From Betaproteobacteria bacterium (GTDB lineage: Bacteria; Pseudomonadota; Gammaproteobacteria; Burkholderiales; SG8-39), in contig CANKMT010000005.1 of the NCBI GenBank assembly GCA_947482825.1, positions 15,250 to 79,249 on the forward strand: 64,000 bases of DNA. Reading direction: 5' to 3'. The notes below the pieces were generated by a model. The model saw nothing but the letters and a program-made list of their open reading frames with translations, was not told the origin of the DNA and did not search any database. Made by a program: the position numbers and the translations under genes. Shown here piece by piece: positions 18,657-25,976 of the stretch. Within the stretch, counting starts at the first letter, position 1, and every line of letters begins with the position of its first letter.

Positions 18657-18773
18657 CTACTTCTTTTTTGCCTTGCCCTTCGGCTTGCTGCCGGTGGGCT
18701 TGGCGACGAACCTTGCAACCGGCTTCTTAGCCGGTTTCGTGGCGCGCTTGCCCGGGGGCTTTACACGCGCCAT
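18657..18773 (-). CDS. Lys/Pro/Ala-rich basic ORF (38 aa from the ATG); it is also the distal part of the -1 frame extension of the phasin
   Basis: MARVKPPGKRATKPAKKPVARFVAKPTGSKPKGKAKKK with no acidic residues. The frame is open upstream back into the phasin A7 tract. See the phasin finding (18657..19360). Confidence 0.4.
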   Translation of the reverse strand: MARVKPPGKRATKPAKKPVARFVAKPTGSKPKGKAKKK

Positions 18774-18817
18774 GCTTACCGCGCTAACTTTCCGGCGCTT
18801 GGCCGGCTTCGTAGCGC

Positions 18818-19360
18818 TTACGCGGCTTTTTTTGCTTTCGCGAAGCCTTTAACCGTTTCCGTTGCGGCCGAGACATTGGCTTCGGCCATTTCGGTGGCCT
18901 GCTTGGCGGCTTTGCTGAACGTGTCGTAGGCCGAGTTGGCCGCCGACAGCATCGACTTGACCGCGGCGACGCCGACGTCCGAGCCGGCCGGGGCGTTCTT
19001 GCTCGCCTTGTCCAGCAGCGAGACGAGACCCTGGTTCAGTTCCGACGATTTCGCTTCGGCGAACTTCGACAGTTCGCTGTTGGCTTCGACGGTGATCGCG
19101 TACACGCTCTTCGAGAACGAAACGGCTTTCTCGACGGCGGGCTGCGCGAACGCCTGTTGCATCGTCATGAATTCCTGCACGTCCTTGGCGCCGGCCAGCG
19201 CGCGGGCGTTGGCGATCGAGTCTTCGAAAATCGACTTCAGCGTGGCGGACTGCAGGCCGGCCAGTTTTTCCAGCGCGGCGAATTGCGCGGCAGCGATTGA
19301 AAGGGCGGCATCAACGTTGGATTTGTTGGCCGCGGTGATCTGCTCGGGGGTAACGTACAT
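18818..19360 (-). CDS. phaP: Phasin (PHA granule-associated protein, TIGR01841-like)
   Basis: 180 aa, Ala-rich and helical. MYVTPEQITAANKSNVDAALSIAAAQFAALEKLAGLQ...FAQPAVEKAVSFSKSVYAI is typical of betaproteobacterial phasins. Confidence 0.85.
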   Translation of the reverse strand: MYVTPEQITAANKSNVDAALSIAAAQFAALEKLAGLQSATLKSIFEDSIANARALAGAKDVQEFMTMQQAFAQPAVEKAVSFSKSVYAITVEANSELSKFAEAKSSELNQGLVSLLDKASKNAPAGSDVGVAAVKSMLSAANSAYDTFSKAAKQATEMAEANVSAATETVKGFAKAKKAA

Positions 19361-19438
19361 GGTGATCTCCTTGAGGTTGGTGGTTGGTGTTCGGTTCTGG
19401 TGCTATGGATTCAGGTCTTGGCGACTGCTTTGTGCGTC

Positions 19439-19450
19439 GCAACAATTCAA
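19439..19450. promoter_or_regulatory. Candidate PhaR operator half-site GCAACAATTCAA upstream of the phasin gene
   Basis: It matches the 12-bp repeat GCAMMAAWTMMD that I recall from Ralstonia eutropha PhaR footprinting. It lies 79-90 nt upstream of the phasin ATG. Confidence 0.3.
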
Positions 19451-19650
19451 ATTCTAGGTTCGATGGTGCAGTGCGTCAAGAGGTTTTTAGAGACAACGTA
19501 AGATACTGAATAAAAGTGACAAACAGATGACTGCGGATGCAAAACAGAAAAGTCAGTAAGCACTTCGTTTGAAACTCCTGCGAACGCGTGACCCGGGCAG
19601 CCGGCGAAACGGATCGGGACGCTGCCGGCGAAAGCGGCAACAATGGCGGC

Positions 19651-20556
19651 ATGACTGCGCCCGCCGTGCCGGCTGCCCATTCCTCGCCGGTCGCCGGCCT
19701 GGCCATCCCCGGTCTCTTTGTTTTGTTGTGGAGCTCTGGTTTCATCGGCGCGAAGCTCGGCCTGCCTTATTGCGGGCCGCTCACGTTCCTGGCGCTGCGG
19801 TTCGCCTGCGTGGTCCTGCTTATGCTGCCGGTGTGCTGGTTGGCGCGTGCCGCGTGGCCGGCGAGCCGGGCGGAGGCCGGGCATGTGATGGTCGCCGGCG
19901 CGCTGATCCAGGCAGGCTATCTCGGCGGCGTTTTCGTAGGCCTCAGCCTTGGCATGCCGGCGGGCGTGTCTGCGCTGATCGTCGGTCTGCAACCGATCCT
20001 GACCGCCTTCCTTTCGGGCCACATGGTGAACGAGCGTGCTTCCCGTCTCCAGTGGGTCGGCCTCTTCCTCGGGTTCCTCGGAGTCATGGTGGTGGTGTGG
20101 GACAAGATGATGCTGGGTGCGGTCACCTGGGGCAGCGCGCTTTCCGCAATCGTCGGATTGGTCGCGATCACCTACGGCACGCTGTACCAGAAACGCCACT
20201 GCGCCCACGTCGACATGCGCACCAACTCCGTGCTGCAGTTCATTGCGGCATTCGTCGTCACCGCGCCCCTCGCGCTGGCGTTCGAGTCGCTCGAAGTGCA
20301 ATGGACCGTGCCTTTCGCCCTCGCACTCGCGTGGATGGTCTTCGGCCTGTCGCTAGGCGCGGTGTTCCTCCTCTTCTGGCTGATCCGGCGCGGTGCCGCC
20401 ACCGCCGTGGCGAGCCTGATTTACCTTTGTCCGCCGACCACGGCGATCCTAGCGTGGTTCGCGTTCGACGAGGTTTACACGCCCTGGGCCGCGCTCGGCA
20501 TGGCCATCACGGTGGCGGGCGTATGGTTGGTCACCTCGAATGCTGCAAAGGAATAG
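19651..20556 (+). CDS. EamA/DMT-family transporter (1 of 3)
   Basis: About 10 TM segments in a two-EamA-repeat layout. The ATG at 19651 is preferred over 19588 because the preceding residues are non-membrane junk. Confidence 0.8.
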   Translation: MTAPAVPAAHSSPVAGLAIPGLFVLLWSSGFIGAKLGLPYCGPLTFLALRFACVVLLMLPVCWLARAAWPASRAEAGHVMVAGALIQAGYLGGVFVGLSLGMPAGVSALIVGLQPILTAFLSGHMVNERASRLQWVGLFLGFLGVMVVVWDKMMLGAVTWGSALSAIVGLVAITYGTLYQKRHCAHVDMRTNSVLQFIAAFVVTAPLALAFESLEVQWTVPFALALAWMVFGLSLGAVFLLFWLIRRGAATAVASLIYLCPPTTAILAWFAFDEVYTPWAALGMAITVAGVWLVTSNAAKE

Positions 20557-21769
20557 CGCCTTGACCCTGGAATTTCGGCCGGACCAACCGGACTACCTCG
20601 CGGATCCTTTCCCGATCTACCGGCGCATGCAGGACGAAGATCCGGCCCACTGGAGCCCGCGCATCAAGTCGTGGGTGCTGACGCGCTATGACGACGTCAA
20701 GCGCGTGTGCCTGGACAAGGACATGTCCTCGGACCGGCTGAGGCCTTTCTTTGCTTCGATGCCTGGCCCCGAAGCCGCAAAGATCGGCGACATCATCCGG
20801 TACCTCTCGCTGTGGATGGTGTTCCGCGACCCGCCGGAGCACACGCGCCTGAGAAAGCTGACCTCCAAGGTCTTCCACCTGAAGTCGATGCGCGACATGC
20901 GGCCGAACATCGAAAGCCTGACGGACATGCTGCTCGCAGACATCGGCGCGCGCGAGGAATTCGACTTCATCGACTCGTTCGCGGGTCCGCTGCCGGCGCT
21001 CGTGATCATGGACATGCTTGGCGTCCCGCGCACCGAACTCGCCAAGGTGAAGCGCATGTCCGACGACATGGCGCTTTTCATCGGCAGTTCGCGCACCTCG
21101 CCGGAAAAGTACGACATCGCCGAATCCGCCACGCAGGAGATGGCGGAGTTCTTCCGCGTGATGATCCGCGACCGCCGGGCCAACGCGCGGCCGGACCTGC
21201 TGTCGGAACTGGTTCACCTCGAAGACGACGGCGACCGGCTCTCGGAGGACGAGCTTGTCGCAACCTGCATCCTGCTGCTCTTCGCCGGACACGAAACGAC
21301 GACCAATCACCTCGCCAACTCCACGCGCTCGCTGATCCTTTTCCCGGCCGAGAGGGAGAAGCTGCGCGCCGACCCAGGGCTCGCGGCGCGGGCTGGAGAG
21401 GAACTGCTCCGCTACGACGGGCCGAGCGGCGCGCAGGTGCGCATCGTGCAGGTCGAGCACGAGTTGCACGGCAAGACGCTCAAGGCGGGCGATCGCGTCT
21501 TCATCATGCTGAACGCGGCGAACCGCGATCCGCGCGTCTATGCCGACCCGGACCGCGTCGACCTCGGGCGCGATGGCGTCGCCCACCTGACGTTCGGCTT
21601 CGGGATGCACATCTGCCTGGGCTTCCCGCTCGCGCGCCTCGAGGGCGAAATCGCGATTCCGGCAGTGGCGCGGCATTTCCGCAGCATGGAATTCGCGGGC
21701 GAACCCGAATGGATCAACTCCATGGTGTTCCGCGGCATGAAAAGCATGCCGGTGCGGGTCGCGATGTGA
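20540..21769 (+). CDS. Cytochrome P450
   Basis: I-helix LLFAGHETTTNHL, EELLRYD (ExxR), and heme-thiolate loop FGFGMHICLGFPLA. It overlaps the upstream EamA gene by 17 nt. Confidence 0.9.
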   Translation: MLQRNSALTLEFRPDQPDYLADPFPIYRRMQDEDPAHWSPRIKSWVLTRYDDVKRVCLDKDMSSDRLRPFFASMPGPEAAKIGDIIRYLSLWMVFRDPPEHTRLRKLTSKVFHLKSMRDMRPNIESLTDMLLADIGAREEFDFIDSFAGPLPALVIMDMLGVPRTELAKVKRMSDDMALFIGSSRTSPEKYDIAESATQEMAEFFRVMIRDRRANARPDLLSELVHLEDDGDRLSEDELVATCILLLFAGHETTTNHLANSTRSLILFPAEREKLRADPGLAARAGEELLRYDGPSGAQVRIVQVEHELHGKTLKAGDRVFIMLNAANRDPRVYADPDRVDLGRDGVAHLTFGFGMHICLGFPLARLEGEIAIPAVARHFRSMEFAGEPEWINSMVFRGMKSMPVRVAM

Positions 21770-22680
21770 ACGCGCGCGGCAGCAAGCCCGGCCCGCAGGA
21801 CGGGCTTCCCCGTTCTCTCTACTCGATGCTCGCAGCGCTGACGCTGATCTGGGGATTCAACTGGACGGTGCTCAAGGTGGTGATCACCGAGGTGCCGCCG
21901 TGGTTCTTTCGCAGCCTGTGCTTCCTCTCGGCGTTCGTTGGGCTCCTCGCCATCGCGTATGCGCGGGGGCTCCCGGTCCGTGTGCCGCGCGGGCAATGGG
22001 GCCGGATAGCGCTGATCGCGCTCTTCACCGTGTCGCTGCAGAATTTCTTCATGATGCTGGCCTTGCCGCTGCTGCCTTCGGGCCGCGTGGTGATCCTGCA
22101 CTACACGATGCCGGCCTGGAGCGTGCTGCTCTCCTGGGCGATCCTCGGTGAGGCACTCACGCCGCGCAGGCTGGCAGGTGTCGCTCTCGGACTCGCGGCC
22201 GTGCTCGTGCTGGTGTTCAAGGACACGCCGGGCCTGGCCGGCGGCTTCGCCGGCGTGCTCCTGATGCTCGGCTCTGCGTTTGTGTGGGCGATCGGCACCG
22301 TGCTGCAAAAGAAGCTGCCTGTCGACCTGCCGATCGCTTCGTTTACCGGGTGGATGGGTCTCATCGGCGGGATCCCGATCTTCCTGCTCGTGCTCGTGTT
22401 CGAGCGCGAGCAGGTGATGGCGCTGCAAGGAGTGAGCCTGTGGCCGGCGCTCGGGGTGCTTTACAACATGGTCCTGGTCTTCATCTTCGGGTGGTGGGCC
22501 TGGACCAAGATCGTCGATCGCGCGCCGGCGGGCGTTGCGGGCCTGTCCTCGCTGATGATCCCGGTGGTCGGCGTCTTCAGCGGGATGCTTTTCCTCGGTG
22601 AAGTGCCGGCCTGGCAGGACTACGCGGCGCTGTTCCTCGTTTCGGCCGCCATCGCCACCGTGATCGTCCCCTCCAAGTGA
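21766..22680 (+). CDS. EamA/DMT-family transporter (2 of 3)
   Basis: GTGA overlap with the P450 stop (alternative ATG at 21826). LTLIWGFNWTVLKVV...; paralogous to the next gene. Confidence 0.8.
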   Translation: MNARGSKPGPQDGLPRSLYSMLAALTLIWGFNWTVLKVVITEVPPWFFRSLCFLSAFVGLLAIAYARGLPVRVPRGQWGRIALIALFTVSLQNFFMMLALPLLPSGRVVILHYTMPAWSVLLSWAILGEALTPRRLAGVALGLAAVLVLVFKDTPGLAGGFAGVLLMLGSAFVWAIGTVLQKKLPVDLPIASFTGWMGLIGGIPIFLLVLVFEREQVMALQGVSLWPALGVLYNMVLVFIFGWWAWTKIVDRAPAGVAGLSSLMIPVVGVFSGMLFLGEVPAWQDYAALFLVSAAIATVIVPSK

Positions 22681-23576
22681 CACCGACCAGCCACCAGCGC
22701 ATGCCGAAGTCCCTGTGGTGGACGCTGCTCGGTCTCACGTTCGCGTGGGGATTCAACTGGACGGCCATGAAGGTTGCACTGGAGGAGTTCACGCCGTGGA
22801 TCTTCCGCAGCCTGTGCATCACGTTCGGGTCGCTCGTGCTGTTCGGCGTCGCCTACGCCTCCGGCAACGCCCTTCGCGTGGCAAGGCCGCTGTGGGTGAA
22901 GCTCGCGGTCCTCGCGTTCTTCAACGTCACCTGCTGGAACATGATGATCGCCTACGGCCTCATGATGATCCCTTCGGGGCGCGCGGCGATCCTCGCGTTC
23001 ACGATGCCGGTGTGGTCGGTGCCGCTTTCGGCGTGGCTGCTCGGCGAGAAGATCACCGCGCGCAAGGTCGGGGCGCTGCTGCTTGGGATCACCGGCATGG
23101 CCCTGCTGATCGGGGAAGACCTCGTAGTGATCGGGCGGGCGCCGCTCGGGGCGATGCTCGCGCTCGGCGCGGCCTTCACGTGGGCGATCGGCACGGTGCT
23201 GCAAAAGCGCTGGCCGCTCGGCCTGCCGATGGGCACCTTCACCGCGTGGACCATGTTCATCGGCGGCGTGCCGATCATCCTCGGCACGTTGGTTTTCGAA
23301 ATGGACGCATGGCGCCCGGTCGGGACGGCGGCGGTCCTCGCGCTCGTCTACAACGTCGTCGTCGCCTTTGCTTTCGCCTACTGGGCGTGGTTCAAGATCG
23401 CCTCGACCGTCTCGGTAACGGTGTCCTCGATCAGCGTGCTGTCGGTGCCGATCGTCGGGGTGATTTGCGGATTCGTGTTCCTCGGCGAGCGCCCGAGCCT
23501 GCAGGAATATGCCGCGCTTGTGTGCGTAGTGCTGGCGGTCCTTGCGGTCAATCTTCCCGCGCGGGAACCGGGATAG
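22677..23576 (+). CDS. EamA/DMT-family transporter (3 of 3)
   Basis: GTGA overlap with the preceding gene. LTFAWGFNWTAMKVALEEFTPWIFRSLC parallels LTLIWGFNWTVLKVVITEVPPWFFRSLC of the upstream paralogue. Confidence 0.8.
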   Translation: MTPTSHQRMPKSLWWTLLGLTFAWGFNWTAMKVALEEFTPWIFRSLCITFGSLVLFGVAYASGNALRVARPLWVKLAVLAFFNVTCWNMMIAYGLMMIPSGRAAILAFTMPVWSVPLSAWLLGEKITARKVGALLLGITGMALLIGEDLVVIGRAPLGAMLALGAAFTWAIGTVLQKRWPLGLPMGTFTAWTMFIGGVPIILGTLVFEMDAWRPVGTAAVLALVYNVVVAFAFAYWAWFKIASTVSVTVSSISVLSVPIVGVICGFVFLGERPSLQEYAALVCVVLAVLAVNLPAREPG

Positions 23577-24462
23577 CGCGGGCTTTCGGCGCCCGCGCCG
23601 CGTCCCAGTGCGCGACGCCCCAGGCCAGCAACTCCGCAGGTGGTGCGCCCCGCAATTCGCGCGGCAGGGTGTGACCCAGGAAGGCGAAGGCCTCGGCGAG
23701 CGATTCGCGGCCGGCCGCGATGGCGCCGGTCTGCTTGGAGAGTTTTTCGCCGCGCTCATTCACGGCCACCGGCAAGTGCAGGTATTCAGGCGTGCGAATC
23801 CCGAGCAGATGCTGCAGGTGGATCTGGCGAGCGGTCGAATCGAGCAGGTCGGTGCCCCGCACCACGTCGGTGATTCCCTGGTCGGCATCGTCCACCACGA
23901 CCGCGAGCTGGTAGGCGAAATAGTTGTCGGCGCGCAGCAGGACGAAGTCGCCGACCTCGCGCTCGATGTCCTGCACGATCCGCCCTTGCACCCGGTCGTC
24001 GAATCGGACGGGCGCATTGTTCGTTCGAACGCGAAAGGCCCGGGCTTCGCGGCCTGCGTGAAGCCCGTCGCGGCAGGTGCCCGGATAGATCCGCGCGCCG
24101 TCGATAGCAAGCGCCGAGTCGGCGATCTCCTTGCGGGTGCAGCCGCACGCATAGACCGCGCCAGAGGCGACGAGGCGCTCGAATGCATCGCGATAGAGGT
24201 CTGTGCGCTCGCTCTGGCGCACGATCGCGCCGTCCCATTCGAAGCCGCAGTCGGTAAGCGTGGCGATGATGGATTGCGCGGCGCCGGCTTGCGTGCGCGG
24301 TTCGTCCACGTCTTCGATGCGCAGCACCCACGAACCGCCTCTTGCGCGGGCGTCGAGGTAACTGCCGAGCGCGGCGACCATCGAGCCCAGGTGCAGCGGC
24401 CCGGAGGGCGAGGGCGCAAAGCGTCCGATTCGATGGTCTGCCGATTGTGCCTTTGCGGTCAC
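23548..24462 (-). CDS. gluQ: Glutamyl-Q tRNA(Asp) synthetase
   Basis: GRFAPSPSGPLHLGS (HIGH-type motif) in a truncated GluRS catalytic domain of 304 aa. Convergent 29-nt overlap with the EamA gene. Confidence 0.9.
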   Translation of the reverse strand: MTAKAQSADHRIGRFAPSPSGPLHLGSMVAALGSYLDARARGGSWVLRIEDVDEPRTQAGAAQSIIATLTDCGFEWDGAIVRQSERTDLYRDAFERLVASGAVYACGCTRKEIADSALAIDGARIYPGTCRDGLHAGREARAFRVRTNNAPVRFDDRVQGRIVQDIEREVGDFVLLRADNYFAYQLAVVVDDADQGITDVVRGTDLLDSTARQIHLQHLLGIRTPEYLHLPVAVNERGEKLSKQTGAIAAGRESLAEAFAFLGHTLPRELRGAPPAELLAWGVAHWDAARAPKARAIPVPARED

Positions 24463-24515
24463 CCTGCGTGCCTCCGATTGCGGGGTAACATTATGCTTTC
24501 CTACCAGGAGCCCGA

Positions 24516-24884
24516 ATGGCTACGGTTGAGCTGAACAAGGACAATTTCGAGAAGGTCGTCACCGGCAGCCCGATGGTAATTGTCGACTTCTGGGCCCCGT
24601 GGTGCGGGCCCTGCAGGGGGTTCGCGCCGATCTTCGAGAAGGCTTCCGAATCGCACGAGGACATCGTCTTTGCAAAAGTGAACACCGAAGAAGAACAGGA
24701 GATCGCGGCGACTTTCGATATCCGCTCGATCCCTACGCTGATGGTGTTTCGCGACAACGTGATCCTTTACTCGCAGGCCGGGGCGATGCCGGCTGGCCCC
24801 TTCTCGGAGCTCATCGAGAAAGCGAAGCAGGTCGATATGGCCGAAGTGAAGAAAGAGATCGCGGCGCGCGAAAAGCAGGCCTAG
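24516..24884 (+). CDS. Thioredoxin
   Basis: FWAPWCGPC active site and the thioredoxin fold pattern IRSIPTLMVF. Confidence 0.9.
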   Translation: MATVELNKDNFEKVVTGSPMVIVDFWAPWCGPCRGFAPIFEKASESHEDIVFAKVNTEEEQEIAATFDIRSIPTLMVFRDNVILYSQAGAMPAGPFSELIEKAKQVDMAEVKKEIAAREKQA

Positions 24885-25840
24885 GAACGCGCCTTTTTCC
24901 GTTCGTCGTCCCAGCGGATCAGGGCCTCGATCGCCAGATCGGCCATTCGAACCGTCCGCGTGCGGACGTAGGGATCCACGATCTCGCCGCGTGGAACGTC
25001 GACTTCATAGGCGCCGGGATGATCGGCCAACCGGCTGATCCAGTCGCGCGCTTTGACGGCGTCGGTTTTGCCAGTAGTCGGCGCGAGACTGGGCAGCGCC
25101 TGCAATGCGCCGGCCAATTCAGGCATGCTGGTTTGGGTCCGGAACACCCATTCGAAGGCAGGCCAGCCCTCGGCGGTTGGTTTGCCAGGTGGCTCTTGCG
25201 GGCTGGACAATTTTTCGGGCACCGGCGGGGCCCTGACGACCGGTGAGGGGGTTACCGGATCCGATCTTCGTGGCGCCACGGACGGCGGATCCTCTTCGGG
25301 CAATTGATCCCGTTCTGCGCCAAACGGCTCCTGGCCGAGCACCTGCTCGAAGTTCGCCCTGCGCTCGCCCGACAAAAGGACAAGGACCACCCGCAGCGAC
25401 GCCCACGAATAGAGCGCAAAAATCACCACCCCAAGGCACATGAGGGCGAATCGCTCGGCGAAGAAGGTGAGCGAGAACAACTCGAGTGGCCGCTGGAAAA
25501 ACGTTACCAGGCCGGCAAAGAAGAATACGGCGTAATGCCACGTCAGCCAGGCCGCCACGAAACACGAAACCACGGCGCTCAGGACGAGCGCAAGGCGGAA
25601 CAGGGGGTATCGATTGGCGCCATCGAGCCAGCGCTCGATGCACTTCCCGGCCGTGACGAGGGCGACAAACGACCACAGGACCAGGGGCAACAGGTAAATC
25701 GAATTCAACTGCCTGATTTCCCACAACGCATCGAGGTTCCATTTCAGGGCCCAGACGTAGAAGAACCATGCAACAAGGTGCCGGAACCTGAACGTCTTGT
25801 CGTCCGGGGATTCCAACTGTGCCCAGTCGTGTTTTGTCAT
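24881..25840 (-). CDS. Hypothetical membrane protein (4 TM + Pro-rich linker + C-terminal soluble domain)
   Basis: Start at ATG 25840 (MTKHDW...), where third-position GC becomes high. TM segments are followed by PPSVAPRRSDPVTPSPVVRAPPVPEKLSSPQEPPGKP. No family recognised. Confidence 0.55.
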   Translation of the reverse strand: MTKHDWAQLESPDDKTFRFRHLVAWFFYVWALKWNLDALWEIRQLNSIYLLPLVLWSFVALVTAGKCIERWLDGANRYPLFRLALVLSAVVSCFVAAWLTWHYAVFFFAGLVTFFQRPLELFSLTFFAERFALMCLGVVIFALYSWASLRVVLVLLSGERRANFEQVLGQEPFGAERDQLPEEDPPSVAPRRSDPVTPSPVVRAPPVPEKLSSPQEPPGKPTAEGWPAFEWVFRTQTSMPELAGALQALPSLAPTTGKTDAVKARDWISRLADHPGAYEVDVPRGEIVDPYVRTRTVRMADLAIEALIRWDDERKKARS

Positions 25841-25912
25841 GTTTGACGGGCAACGCGCTGCGCCCGCTGAATTCGTGAGTGTTGCGAAAAGTCTACCCGG
25901 ATCGACCAAAAA

Positions 25913-25958
25913 AGCCACGCGCAAAGCCACGCGCAACAGTTGCGGGGCGCGCAACTGT
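25913..25958. promoter_or_regulatory. Repeat cluster in a divergent intergenic region: 12-bp perfect tandem repeat x2 plus 9-bp inverted repeat
   Basis: AGCCACGCGCAA at 25913-25924 and 25925-25936. ACAGTTGCG (25936-25944) pairs with CGCAACTGT (25950-25958). The cluster ends 19 nt before the ATG at 25977. Confidence 0.4.
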
Positions 25959-25976
25959 CGGGAAGAATGCATCGTC

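Noticed and set aside
20707-22680. 657-aa ORF spanning the P450 and the second EamA gene.
   Set aside because: Its first ~350 residues are an out-of-frame read of the P450 gene (Arg/Pro-rich junk). Only the last ~300 residues (from 21766 or 21826) form the EamA transporter. The same logic trims 51667-53055 to ppa (52507-53055), 38022-39578 to the desaturase (38400), 30499-32217 to fumC (30814) and 40913-42238 to pyrC (41944).
24879-24886. Convergent thioredoxin and membrane-protein genes share their stop codons inside the palindrome CCTAGG.
   Set aside because: A curiosity of convergent 4-nt overlap. No functional implication can be argued.
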